The position numbers were made by a program, and so were the translations under genes. The notes below the pieces were generated by a model, which made no database searches, was not told where the DNA came from, and worked only from the letters and a program-made list of their open reading frames with translations. Of a stretch of DNA of 64,000 nucleotides, positions 17,516 through 27,749 are shown one piece after another. Source of the stretch: an uncultured Desulfobacter sp. (GTDB taxonomy: Bacteria > Desulfobacterota > Desulfobacteria > Desulfobacterales > Desulfobacteraceae); the NCBI GenBank assembly GCA_963665095.1, contig OY762069.1, positions 5,664,001 to 5,728,000 of the forward strand, given 5' to 3'. The first letter of the stretch is position 1, and every line of letters starts with the position of its first letter.

Positions 17516-19372
17516 TTATTCATGCAGTTCACCGGGCGGGATGCCGTTTTCATCCCAGCCCATGGCCTTGTAATACTCCTGGAGCATGGTCCTGAAATCG
17601 TTTCTGGAAATTTCAGGTGCTGCACTTTTTTTAAAAAACATCTCCGGCAAAGAGTCCTGCAAAGGTGCCGGGGCGTGCCTTAGGTTGAACCGTCTTTCAA
17701 TATCTGCGATCCTCATGCCGCTGTCATAAAGGGCGTCCCTGGTCAGATCCAGGTCACACAGCGCGTTGATCAATGGTATTTCATGCTCAAAGTTAAAGGA
17801 CCTGAGCAAAGAGAGCACCGGAACCTTGCAAAGGCCAAGGCTGTCTATCAGACAATTGTTTATAACGGCTTTCCGGATCAGCAGCCCCTTGGCGGATACT
17901 TTCTTAATATCCACCGCCTCCCTGCTGCCGAACGCTTTGACAGCCTCCTCTTCGGACATGGAATATTCCATGGATGCATAGACATTGTTGTAATCCCCAC
18001 CCCGGCTCGACACGGCATACCCCAATGCCGTGCCCATAATGGCCCCGGGGTGATAGGCGGTCAGTTCAAGCCCCTTGACATGGGCGGCATATGGCTCGGA
18101 GGCCTTACCAAACCGGTCTGCGGCCTGCTTCACACCCAGCCTGAGAATTTTTCCAAGCCCTTTATTCTGTACCATCTGAAACAGCAGCATTTTCATGGTC
18201 ACGGTATTGCCCCAGGTCAGATCAAGGCCTTCGGCAAGGGCTTCGGGCAAAAGTTTTCTATCAAAGAGATCCATGGCAAAGGCAATGACCGTGGCAGCCG
18301 ATGTCGAATCCATCCCCAGCCGGTTGCACAGATTGTCCAGTTCAATGACCTGCCGGATATCAGTGACACCGCATTTAGGTCCTAAATTGATCATGGGTTC
18401 AAATTCAGGCCGGGTAAAAGTCTTCTGTCCGGCATCCTTAAATACCAGATCGGCCTTGCACTGGACCGGACACCGGAAGCATCCGCTGGATTTTCGGATA
18501 TTCTTCTCTAAATTTTTCCCGTCAAGTTTGGAAATATAGTCTACTTCCAGGCCCGAATAATTTTTAGACCCCATGATGCCGAAATCATTCACCCAGGCCA
18601 CGTAACCAGCGCCCCCCAGACGGGAAAAGGTATCAAATTCCGGTGATTGCCTTATAAGCCGGACATAGTCCTGAACCGCTTTTTTCTGAACCGGTGTGAC
18701 TGCGGGAAAATTCTTATGGGAGCCTTTTTCAATCACAATGGCTTTTAAATTTTTAGCCCCCATCACGGCCCCCATGCCGGTGCGGCCGGCTGCATGATCC
18801 TTTCCACTGATAATGGCTGCAAACCGGACCAGATTTTCTCCTGCAGGGCCGATCACCAGTGTTTTGATCTTTTTGTGCCCATGCTTTGCGTTCAACAAAT
18901 TTTGGGCTTCAATGGTCTGTTTACCCCACAAATCTTGCGCATCGGCCAGATGGATATCATGGGGATTTATATAAAGGTAGACCGGACGGACTGATTTGCC
19001 GGTGATAATAATGGACGCAATATTACAGGACCGGAGCCAGGCCCCTGCATAGCCGCCGATGTTTGAACTGCCCAGGATGCCTGTGAGCGGCGACAGGGAA
19101 TTTATGTGCAGCCGGGAAGAGGCCGGTGCGGCAGAACCGGTTAATAAACCGCAGGAGATTAGCAGAATATTATCTTCACCCAGGGGATCCGTACCTTTTT
19201 CAAGGTGATTAAATAAATACCATATGTTGAACCCGCGTCCCCCTAAAAAGGATTTGCCTGTTTCAGAAAACTTGACCAAAGAGATGGTGCCGGCTGTCAG
19301 GTTTACATGAAGCAGATGTCCAAAATTGTGGGTGCCCTTTTTGTGCATTCTTTTCTTTCTATACCACTCCAC
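17516..19372 (-). CDS. Aldehyde:ferredoxin oxidoreductase (W/Mo-pterin) family
   Basis: 'LGGRG', 'IGPAGENLV', 'GRTGMGAVMGAKNLKAI', CxxCxxxC, 'HVKGLE', 'DSLGLC', 'EYY..MGWD'; start may be 19348. Confidence 0.92.
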   Translation of the reverse strand: MEWYRKKRMHKKGTHNFGHLLHVNLTAGTISLVKFSETGKSFLGGRGFNIWYLFNHLEKGTDPLGEDNILLISCGLLTGSAAPASSRLHINSLSPLTGILGSSNIGGYAGAWLRSCNIASIIITGKSVRPVYLYINPHDIHLADAQDLWGKQTIEAQNLLNAKHGHKKIKTLVIGPAGENLVRFAAIISGKDHAAGRTGMGAVMGAKNLKAIVIEKGSHKNFPAVTPVQKKAVQDYVRLIRQSPEFDTFSRLGGAGYVAWVNDFGIMGSKNYSGLEVDYISKLDGKNLEKNIRKSSGCFRCPVQCKADLVFKDAGQKTFTRPEFEPMINLGPKCGVTDIRQVIELDNLCNRLGMDSTSAATVIAFAMDLFDRKLLPEALAEGLDLTWGNTVTMKMLLFQMVQNKGLGKILRLGVKQAADRFGKASEPYAAHVKGLELTAYHPGAIMGTALGYAVSSRGGDYNNVYASMEYSMSEEEAVKAFGSREAVDIKKVSAKGLLIRKAVINNCLIDSLGLCKVPVLSLLRSFNFEHEIPLINALCDLDLTRDALYDSGMRIADIERRFNLRHAPAPLQDSLPEMFFKKSAAPEISRNDFRTMLQEYYKAMGWDENGIPPGELHE

Positions 19373-19844
19373 ACAGGGTTGATACCGGATCTGTTCCCCA
19401 AAACGGCCAATCTTATTTAAGGTAACTGTTGTTCTGTATCATTTCATGGCATTGCTATCAATATCTTGCATAATAAATATTTTTAATTTTTTTTTTGAGA
19501 CACCTAAATATTAAATTGATATATCAGAATATCTTTTTAATATAAATTACTATAATTTTTTTGCTGTACTAAGGCATTGCACAGAAATAAATTATGCAGA
19601 TTGCGCCGAATTTTTATTCGTATTTAAGGCGGGGCAATGCGCGCATAACGAGCTATGTAAGTGTTGCCCCAACGAAAAATCCGGATAAAAAGGCAAGCAA
19701 GATGTGTGATTTATTTTGTTGCAATGCCTAAGGTAAAAGAAATGAAAAATTCAGCCGGATTATCCTTGATTTTTAAGAGGACCACCCGGCTGAAGCTTGA
19801 TCAAGAAAGGCGATTGCGTGGTTTTTTATGCAGTATGTTCTGCT

Positions 19845-21017
19845 TTATTCTTTTAGAATTGCAGGTTTGGTCACCAGCTGGTATCCCCCCAGACACACCG
19901 CAAATACAAGGATGGCGGCCGCGGCAATGGTCCATGGTGCTTTCGGCCCGGACAGGTTGAACAGGTTTGTGGCAAAAGACAAAACAAAGGGAGATGCAAA
20001 CTGACCCAGGCCCGTGAAGACCACATACACTGACAGGGCAAGGGTGGATGCGGTTTTATGGGCGCTGTTGATGATCTTTAAGGTGAAATCCGGGTTGTAG
20101 AGGCCGAATCCCATGCCGAACAATGCGGCTGCCAGGTTGAATACCATCAGGGAGTCTGCATGAAGCATAATGAAAAAAGCAGTTCCCACACACCCGATGG
20201 CCAGTGTGATGGTAAATCGCTTTAACAGCAGTGACACTTTGCCGAATATCAGGCCGGCCACAAAGGCGGCGGCTGTGAATACCGTAAGAATCACACCGGC
20301 CTGTGTGGCATTGCCCGCCCCCGTGGTTGTCAGGACAATGGCGATATTGGTCATGAATGAAAACTGCAGGATATTGTAAAAGGCATTCATGATGGAAAGC
20401 AGATAGGTTCTGGCGGTAAGCCGGCTTTTGGTGTTTGCAGTACTGTCTAAGGTTTTAATTCCCGGGTCCGGCAGCCTTGCCCATATCAAAAGGGCAATGG
20501 GGAGCACCAGCAGAAATCCTAAAAATGCAAACCGCCAGTTGATGGCGGCAAGATACCCACCCAGCATCTGAAAAACAACACCGGCCATGGCCCCCACCGA
20601 GCTTTTAAACCCCATCAGTTTATCCCGTTCCCGGCCTTCAAACAGATCCGCGATGATGGAGGACGCCAGCGGAAAGACCATGCCATACCCAGCCCCGAAA
20701 ACAGCCCGCATGAGCAGAATAAAGGTAACCCCGCCGAAAAATGCCGGCATTATCCCGCCGCAAAAAAGCAGGCACAGCGCTATGTACAATATTTTCTTTG
20801 AACTTAAGAATCGTTCCAGCTGACCGCACACAAAGGAAAATATAACCATCATCAAAGAGGGGATGGTGGCGATCATTTTTATTTTATCCGGGCTGACATC
20901 GGGGAATGCTTTGGCGATCTCCCCTAAAGCAGGCGTGGTCATGGCCGTGGTATACATCAGCAGGGCCACAGAGAGGACTGCAGTTTTGGTCAGAGCATCA
21001 TATCTGGATTCGGGCAT
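19845..21017 (-). CDS. MFS transporter
   Basis: About 12 hydrophobic segments; 'RAVFGAGYG', 'IADLFEGRER'. Confidence 0.85.
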   Translation of the reverse strand: MPESRYDALTKTAVLSVALLMYTTAMTTPALGEIAKAFPDVSPDKIKMIATIPSLMMVIFSFVCGQLERFLSSKKILYIALCLLFCGGIMPAFFGGVTFILLMRAVFGAGYGMVFPLASSIIADLFEGRERDKLMGFKSSVGAMAGVVFQMLGGYLAAINWRFAFLGFLLVLPIALLIWARLPDPGIKTLDSTANTKSRLTARTYLLSIMNAFYNILQFSFMTNIAIVLTTTGAGNATQAGVILTVFTAAAFVAGLIFGKVSLLLKRFTITLAIGCVGTAFFIMLHADSLMVFNLAAALFGMGFGLYNPDFTLKIINSAHKTASTLALSVYVVFTGLGQFASPFVLSFATNLFNLSGPKAPWTIAAAAILVFAVCLGGYQLVTKPAILKE

Positions 21018-21553
21018 GGATGTTTCCTTTTAAAAAAACTGTTACAGACAGTAATGTACAATCATTGTGGCGGGTTAAAGTATTGTGTTAAAGGGGACCG
21101 ACCAAAGCTTAACATCTCCCAGCTTGATTTAAGACTTGGCAGTCCGTCAGTTGTCTCCTCCTTAAATTAACAGGGCAGCATTCATACGACCCATTGACCT
21201 CAAATATCTATTTTTAATTTCCAATCGTTTCCCAACTAAAGGTTTCATATACTTCTCTATAGGAGTTGTCAATTGATTTTAATAAGTTTTCACTAAGATT
21301 TACAAATCAGCCCTGCTTTTACATTGACAGATGAATCATAAAGCTGTTAGTAATCATGATCCCAGCTATGCCGGAAATATATCGGCAAAAAAGAACCATC
21401 TACCTAAATTCCAATCATTTTCCATCTTTATTAACATTTACAGATTTATAAGGCGTTGAGTAATGCGATGGCCTGAATGGCTCTCTTTTTAACGCTTTCC
21501 TGAAATTAAACCGATACAATAAAATTGTAGAATGTGCATTTAAGGAGCTGACT

Positions 21554-22621
21554 ATGAGCAAGATAACAGAAAGAGAAAACTTTTTTCGAATGATTCACCG
21601 GGAATCACCTGAATTTGTACCCTATCAGCCGGGTCTTCTGCAGATGGTGCTGCCTTCCGCCCTTCTGGATCGCCCGGAGGGGCATGTGGCAGGTTATGAC
21701 TGGTTTGGGGTACACTGGAGCGAGGATCCAAGCCTTCCCATGATGCTGATGGCCACGGTAAATGTCCCCCCGGTGCTTGATGATGTCTGCGACTGGGAGG
21801 AAAAAATCAAATGGCCGGATCTGGATGCCATTGACTGGGAGGCGTGTGCCAGAAAAGATGTTCCCGAAAAGGACCCGTCAAAGATTCTTTGTGCCATGAT
21901 GGTGTCCGGCCCTTTTGAGCGCCTTCATGACCTGATGGGATTTGAAGACGCCCTTTGCGCACTGATGACCGATCCTGAAGAGTGCAGTGCTTTTTTCAGT
22001 CGTCTGTGTGATTTTAAAATTGAACAGCTCAAGTATCTGAAAAAATACTATGACGTGGATATGGTCCACTTCCAGGATGACTGGGGAAGCCAGAAGGATC
22101 TGTTTTTTAACCCGGATATCTGGCGCAGCCTGATCAAACCCCATGTTCAGCGGGTGATAGACGCTGCCCACGACTTAGGTATCTATTTTGACATGCACTC
22201 CTGCGGAAAAATTGATCGCATTCTGGATGATATCATTGGAATGGGGGTGGATGTTCTGGATCCGGTTCAACCCATTAATGAACTTGACGTATGGGCACAA
22301 AAGTACAGTGGAAAGGTTATTTTCATGGGCGCGTTGGATGCCCAGAATGTTGTGGACAAAACAGGTGTCACCCAGGAGGAGATTGCCCGGGAGGTGCAGG
22401 AAAAGATTGATCTGTTTGCCAAAGACGGATATTTTATTCCTTTTTGTGTGGGACTCTCCCGAAAGGTCGGCAATGCTTTGGATGAATCATATATCTATGG
22501 GAGAACCTTTTATTCCGACAAATATGCCGATGATGTCGCCGCATTTATTAAACATCTTGAAACTAAAAAAGAGCCTGAAGCGCCTTCAGTGGTGCCGGGC
22601 ACTGATCTGAACCCAAGTTAG
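21554..22621 (+). CDS. Uroporphyrinogen decarboxylase-family corrinoid methyltransferase (MtaA/OdmB-like)
   Basis: 'DWFGVHW', 'GPFERL', 'DDWGSQ', Zn-ligand motif 'HSCG'; RBS AAGGAG. Confidence 0.8.
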   Translation: MSKITERENFFRMIHRESPEFVPYQPGLLQMVLPSALLDRPEGHVAGYDWFGVHWSEDPSLPMMLMATVNVPPVLDDVCDWEEKIKWPDLDAIDWEACARKDVPEKDPSKILCAMMVSGPFERLHDLMGFEDALCALMTDPEECSAFFSRLCDFKIEQLKYLKKYYDVDMVHFQDDWGSQKDLFFNPDIWRSLIKPHVQRVIDAAHDLGIYFDMHSCGKIDRILDDIIGMGVDVLDPVQPINELDVWAQKYSGKVIFMGALDAQNVVDKTGVTQEEIAREVQEKIDLFAKDGYFIPFCVGLSRKVGNALDESYIYGRTFYSDKYADDVAAFIKHLETKKEPEAPSVVPGTDLNPS

Positions 22622-22720
22622 CCTTTTTACATGGCATTGCCCCCTTGTCTTCCCACAGGGGCAATGCCACAAAAAAACATAGTCCGGCCAAAAAGTCATA
22701 TAGCTGACTTCAGACATATC

Positions 22721-22753
22721 AAAAAAAATGGCGCAGCACTATCGGCTGCGCCA
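22721..22753 (-). terminator. Intrinsic terminator
   Basis: Minus strand TGGCGCAGC-loop-GCTGCGCCA followed by T8. Confidence 0.75.
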
Positions 22754-22806
22754 ATGTAACACCCGAAGACGGCCAGGAAAAAATATTCATGGCCTGTTTG
22801 AACGTG

Positions 22807-23862
22807 TTATTTTGCGTAGAATTCGCTGGAATAATTGTAGAGCTCGCGATAGGCAGCCCTGCGAATGGCCTCATCCTGAACCAGGAAATCAATGGATCCG
22901 GCAATCACCTTTCCTCTTGGGGCATATTTGTCCACAAACTTTCTGACAACTTCCCGGGTCTCTTTTTCTGTTTTGGCATCGGCAAGTCCCTCGATATCAA
23001 CCACCAAAGCGATTTTTTCGCCATATTTTGCCGTAAGCATGTCAAGGTCGTTGATGGGTTGAGGATTCCATGAATCCAGGCCCATCTCGATGATCTCTTC
23101 GATATACTGCTGGGTCATGCCGCAGGAGTGCAGTTCCACGAATCGGCCTGTGGCGTGAATATAATCAATAACCTGCTTTGTATGGGGCATTAGAAACTCG
23201 CGAAACATTTCATTTGAAAAGAAACCGTGTTTCTGGGTTCCCCAGTCATCCCCGTAAATAACATAATCAATGGGGTCGTAGTACTTGAAAACCTTTTCAA
23301 GACACTTGATTTTATACGGCACCATGGCCTCAAAAAAGGATTTTACCGCTTCCGGCTCTTCGTACATGGCCACCAGGGTCTCATCCATGGGCATCAGTTC
23401 ATGCAGACGTTCAAAAATGCCCTCGGTGCAGTGAAACAGATGGGCTCGGCCCGGATCAAACCGCTGGGTCTGAAGCTTGCCGTCCCCTTCCCAGTCCACC
23501 GCATCCAGATCTGGAAACGTGACCTGTTCCTGCCATTTGGTGATGTCATAAATGATCCGGGTGCCGGGTTTGGGCATGGCACCGCCGGCAACATCAATGA
23601 ACACCCACTCCTGCCCAAACCAGTCCGGCCCGTCCGCCTCATACGGCGCGTGCTCCGCATAGACATCAGGCCAGCAGTACTGGCTGTCCACCAGGTTCAC
23701 CGGCATCCACGCAGGTTTTTCTCCTTTAAATATACGCAGAAGGTTTTCTTTAGGTGTAATAGGCCGATCCCCTGGATCAAGGGGCTTGGGCGGCTGCTGC
23801 GCCATCCAGGGAAATGTTGCTTCCGGTTGTTTTGACGGTGGAATTTTGTCGTAATCAATCAT
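22807..23862 (-). CDS. Second URO-D-family corrinoid methyltransferase
   Basis: 'DWFGQEW', 'GIFERL', 'DDWGTQ', 'HSCG'. Confidence 0.8.
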   Translation of the reverse strand: MIDYDKIPPSKQPEATFPWMAQQPPKPLDPGDRPITPKENLLRIFKGEKPAWMPVNLVDSQYCWPDVYAEHAPYEADGPDWFGQEWVFIDVAGGAMPKPGTRIIYDITKWQEQVTFPDLDAVDWEGDGKLQTQRFDPGRAHLFHCTEGIFERLHELMPMDETLVAMYEEPEAVKSFFEAMVPYKIKCLEKVFKYYDPIDYVIYGDDWGTQKHGFFSNEMFREFLMPHTKQVIDYIHATGRFVELHSCGMTQQYIEEIIEMGLDSWNPQPINDLDMLTAKYGEKIALVVDIEGLADAKTEKETREVVRKFVDKYAPRGKVIAGSIDFLVQDEAIRRAAYRELYNYSSEFYAK

Positions 23863-23944
23863 GCTGGTACCCTCATTAAGATTATAAATGAAACCGTTGA
23901 ACCACCTGTGGTTTTGGATGATTCATCTGACAGACTGCCAATTG

Positions 23945-24040
23945 GTGTTTGAACGGCTCGACGAGGGGCGCATGCCCACAAAGTCACCCAAATGCAGCTT
24001 TGCTTGCGCCTTGCATCTGGGCAACTTTGCGTCCAAGCAC
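23945..24040 (-). repeat. Degenerate/composite copy of intergenic palindromic repeats
   Basis: Reverse complement of 23993-24040 matches 41772-41819; 23947-23981 matches 47893-47927. Confidence 0.6.
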
Positions 24041-24366
24041 CAAACAAGGGGATTTCGTTCAGGCACCAATTAGATTCACAGCCTGTTTGTTAATAGAAAA
24101 AAGCGGTCCCGGGTGTAAAGCCGATAAAATGTCAAAAAAATCACTTTAAAACCATACATATTGTATGCAGATGCGATTCACCCCCCATTATTCCGGAAGG
24201 TTATAAGTATACAATTTGTATTTCCTGGAATGATGGATCAGGCATCCTGTTCGGTTCTCATTTAAATCAGTCTGCCTTGAACAGGATTTGCTCTTTAGAT
24301 TAAATCGGGATGTCTTAATTTAGGGGGGACCGGCCTGGCGGACGAAGAAGGGCCACTGAATTAGAA

Positions 24367-24768
24367 TCAGCTGATAATTTTGCCTGTATTACGCTCCACA
24401 CGAATAGCCCTGTCATCGTACAGGCGCTCCATGTAGAAATCCTTGATATTGGTGATTTCCAGGCCGCCAAGCCCGTTTTGAGCCAGCCAGGCCTGGATCT
24501 TGGGGATTTGTGCGGGATCACCGGCTCTGGCCGTAAAAATTTTAACCCGGATGCCACTGCTCACCATGCGCTGGACTTGTTCAACCATAACCGGCACCGG
24601 CGGGCCAATGCGGTCCAGGGAGGAACGGCTGTTCCAGACAGCCAGGGTGCCGTCCAGATCCACACCGAACCATGGCTCTGTGGAGTGCGGGTTATGGGCA
24701 GGCGGATCTGGTTCCCGACTGCCCGGGTCATCCTTTTTGGTGAATATTTTTTTTACTGATGAAAACAT
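24367..24768 (-). CDS. Small HAD-superfamily-like protein
   Basis: 'GVDLDGTLA', 'IFTAR', 'YDDRA'. Confidence 0.7.
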   Translation of the reverse strand: MFSSVKKIFTKKDDPGSREPDPPAHNPHSTEPWFGVDLDGTLAVWNSRSSLDRIGPPVPVMVEQVQRMVSSGIRVKIFTARAGDPAQIPKIQAWLAQNGLGGLEITNIKDFYMERLYDDRAIRVERNTGKIIS

Positions 24769-24788
24769 TGGTTTCCCTGTTTTGAACC

Positions 24789-25859
24789 CTATACGGAGAA
24801 CCGGATATTTAAAATATCTCCGTCCTGCACCACATACTCTTTACCCTCCACATAGAACTTACCGGCCTTTTTAAGCTCCGCTTCAGACCCCAGTTCAATG
24901 AGTTCATCATATTTAAACACTTCGGCCCGGATAAAGCCACGCTCAAGATCAGAGTGGATGACACCTGCGGCCGTAGGCGCTTTGGCCTCTTTTCTGACCA
25001 GCCACTGCCGGACCTCATCCTTGCCCACGGTGAAAAAGGAGATCAGGTTCAAGGATTTCAGACACAAAGAGGTTAACGTCTCCAGGGCCGTGGAGGTGAT
25101 GCCCAGGTCCTCAAGAAACTCCTGCTTCTCATCTGCACTGTCCAGCATGGCAATTTCCGCCTCCACCTTGGCCGACACCAGCATGGCTTCAATATTCAAA
25201 GTTTCACAACTGGCTTTAAATGCGTCCAGTATCTCTGTGTTGCCAAGATCATCCTCAGCCACATTCACTGCCACCACCAGTTTCTTTAAGGTAATAAAAG
25301 GATAAGAACGAATCAGTTTTTCCTCATCTTCGGACAGCTCCAAAAGCCGCAAAGGCTGTTCCTTCTCCAGATGCGCCAGCATCTTTTCCATGAGCGTCAG
25401 CTCTTTTTTCTGGTCCTCATCCTTGATCTTTTTCACCATGGCGGAAAGCCGTTCAATCCGCTTCTCCACAAAGATCTGGTCATGCATCACAAGCTCGGAA
25501 TTGACCATATCAAAGTCCCGCAGGGCATCCACAGATCCTTCGGCATGGTAGACCGCTTCATCTTCAAAGGCCCGGACCACATGGCAGATGGCATCCATAT
25601 CGGCAATATCTTTAAATATATCCCCCTTTGAAATGGTTTCGGCTTCCATCTTGGGCAGCAATACCAGATCCAGACGGGCCATCACCTCTTTTTTAGGAGA
25701 ATACATCTCCACCAGCCGGTTAAACCTGGAATCCAGAATATCTGCTGTGCCCGGGACCGGTTTAAATGCTTTGGCCGGATCTGTTATCTCGTTGCCCGTC
25801 AGAATCTGAAACAATGTCTTCTTCCCTGTCTGGGGAAGCCCGATAATACCTACCTTCAT
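24789..25859 (-). CDS. ychF: YchF/Obg-family protein (DUF933 C-terminus) with atypical NTPase motifs
   Basis: 'HVVRAF', 'SFFTVGKDEVRQW', 'AAGVIHSDLERGFIRAEV', 'EGKEYVVQDGDI'. Confidence 0.8.
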   Translation of the reverse strand: MKVGIIGLPQTGKKTLFQILTGNEITDPAKAFKPVPGTADILDSRFNRLVEMYSPKKEVMARLDLVLLPKMEAETISKGDIFKDIADMDAICHVVRAFEDEAVYHAEGSVDALRDFDMVNSELVMHDQIFVEKRIERLSAMVKKIKDEDQKKELTLMEKMLAHLEKEQPLRLLELSEDEEKLIRSYPFITLKKLVVAVNVAEDDLGNTEILDAFKASCETLNIEAMLVSAKVEAEIAMLDSADEKQEFLEDLGITSTALETLTSLCLKSLNLISFFTVGKDEVRQWLVRKEAKAPTAAGVIHSDLERGFIRAEVFKYDELIELGSEAELKKAGKFYVEGKEYVVQDGDILNIRFSV

Positions 25860-25914
25860 AATATGGTGTTTGTCCTTGTTTTTATTTTATAATTGTCACT
25901 GGGCCGCCAGTTGA

Positions 25915-26787
25915 TCACAGCAGAATATCCAAACTCTCAAAAATGTCTGACGGCATTACTCGTTTTCTTACGGAATCCATTTGAATACGGGTTGCCACAT
26001 TGCGGTCATCATGGGGAAATACCAGCACGGCATCTTCGGCAAGAGCCCGGTCCAGCATCAGCTTTTTTTCATCCACCAGGGTTTCCACGGCCCGGTCATA
26101 TCCCATGGTAATGGGCAGATTCACCCAGGGCAGCCCCGGTACCAGATCGCCGGTGTAAATAACCGTGCCGCCCTGAACACGTATCCAGGAAACCAGCATG
26201 CCCGGTGTATGCCCATGGCTCTGGGTAAACTCAATATCCAGGTGCCCCACTGTCAGGTGGTCGCCGTCCCGCTTCAGCATGAGGCGGCCTGTGGCCTGGA
26301 GTTTTTCAGCCAGTCCTGGAACAAATGAGGCCCGGTCTCTGTGATGGGGTGCTTTGGAGCGTTTAAAATTCTCCTCGCCTGCAATATAAAGGGCCTGGGG
26401 GAAAAGCAGTTCAGGCTCCCGGTCCGGCTGCCAGGCGCTTAAAAGCCCACCCGCATGATCAAAATGCAAATGAGACAACACCACATGGGTGATATCTGAA
26501 TCTTTCAGCCCCTGTGCGGCCAGGGATTCCAGCAGTACATGGGACGACTGCCTGACGGCAAACCGCTCTTTCATATCAGGGGACAGATACGCACCACAGC
26601 CGGTTTCAAACAGAAGATTATAGCTTCCGGCCTTAACCAGCAGACAGTTTGAGGCAATATCAATCATATTCCTATCATCCGCCGGCATCCATTTTTCCCA
26701 CAACGCCTTGGGCGCGTTGCCAAACATGCTGCCGCCGTCCAGTCTCATGCCATTGCCTTTGATTACAGTAAATGAGGTCTTTTGCAT
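25915..26787 (-). CDS. MBL-fold metallo-hydrolase
   Basis: 'LDGGSMFG', 'SHLHFDHAGG', 'GHTPG'. Confidence 0.9.
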   Translation of the reverse strand: MQKTSFTVIKGNGMRLDGGSMFGNAPKALWEKWMPADDRNMIDIASNCLLVKAGSYNLLFETGCGAYLSPDMKERFAVRQSSHVLLESLAAQGLKDSDITHVVLSHLHFDHAGGLLSAWQPDREPELLFPQALYIAGEENFKRSKAPHHRDRASFVPGLAEKLQATGRLMLKRDGDHLTVGHLDIEFTQSHGHTPGMLVSWIRVQGGTVIYTGDLVPGLPWVNLPITMGYDRAVETLVDEKKLMLDRALAEDAVLVFPHDDRNVATRIQMDSVRKRVMPSDIFESLDILL

Positions 26788-26825
26788 ACAGCTGTCAACT
26801 CCTGATAGCTTTTAGAAATTCTGAT

Positions 26826-27131
26826 TCAGCTCAGCTTGATTTTGCGTTTTTCCGGATCTGAATGGCTGCGAAAAAGGACAGCCACATGGCCTATGGTGCC
26901 GGCTATATGACAATGAAGCTGTTTTGCGACCTCATCCAGCAGGGCCGCTTTCACCTCTTTGTCCTTGTGGTCAATGAATTTTATCTTGATCAGTTCAGAC
27001 GCATTCAGGGCGTTTTCTACCTCCTGAATAAATGAGTCTGTCAACCCTTTCGCCCCGACCAGGGCCGCAGGGTTCAGGTTGTGGGCAAGCCCTCTTAAAT
27101 ATTTGCGCTGTGCGCCGGTAAGTTCTGTCAC
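26826..27131 (-). CDS. yhbY: YhbY/CRM-domain RNA-binding protein
   Basis: 'LTGAQRKYLRGLAH.L.P...VG..G', 'ELIKIK', 'IGH'. Confidence 0.9.
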   Translation of the reverse strand: MTELTGAQRKYLRGLAHNLNPAALVGAKGLTDSFIQEVENALNASELIKIKFIDHKDKEVKAALLDEVAKQLHCHIAGTIGHVAVLFRSHSDPEKRKIKLS

Positions 27132-27217
27132 GCTACATCCTTCAATAAAATATTTATTTTCAAATCAGGCATATTAACATAAATCAGATGAATGTGAATA
27201 CCCTGATCATCCTGTCA

Positions 27218-27709
27218 TCATACAGTAAGGGCACAGAAAAGGTCTTCCATTTCAGAGCGAAGCCGTTTGATTCGCTCCATTTCGACAAACAAAGACCGGC
27301 ATTGAAAAAGTGTTTTCTGTTCGGGGCAGAAATACCAGGAGCAGACAAAGGGACGCTGAGACCGGGGCAAATCACACCCGTTTGATGTTAAATGGCAGCA
27401 CTGTTTTCCAGCGGATGTATTAACCCTGAAAATCTGATGGTCTGGCAAAGGAGCTGGTCCGAAAAACAGATAAATAAGATCTTTTAAATCATACCAGATG
27501 GTGGCACGGGTACAACAGTTGTCCTGACATTCAGGACAGGTAATGTCACAAAGCAGGTCAACATCGCGGTCTACCCCCTCAAGGCAACGGTAGATATGAC
27601 AGGCCATTTCACGTATCGGCAAAAGCGATAGACCGGGACGGCCGTTTAGAACAGCCAGAGAAGATATGGCCTCACGGAATTTGGCCTGTTCTGCCCAGGG
27701 AATATTCAT
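27218..27709 (-). CDS. Cys-cluster protein (YkgJ/CxxCxxxCC-like)
   Basis: 'CPECQDNCC', 'CCHLTSNGC.L...RPFVC.WYFC'. Confidence 0.65.
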   Translation of the reverse strand: MNIPWAEQAKFREAISSLAVLNGRPGLSLLPIREMACHIYRCLEGVDRDVDLLCDITCPECQDNCCTRATIWYDLKDLIYLFFGPAPLPDHQIFRVNTSAGKQCCHLTSNGCDLPRSQRPFVCSWYFCPEQKTLFQCRSLFVEMERIKRLRSEMEDLFCALTV

Positions 27710-27749
27710 GATTCAAACGCCGGCAATGTATTTGCGAGAATAAGACCCA

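Noticed and set aside
24185..24290. Possible sRNA (two hairpins) in the intergenic region
   Set aside because: Stems are imperfect, with no clear promoter-terminator pair or known family motif
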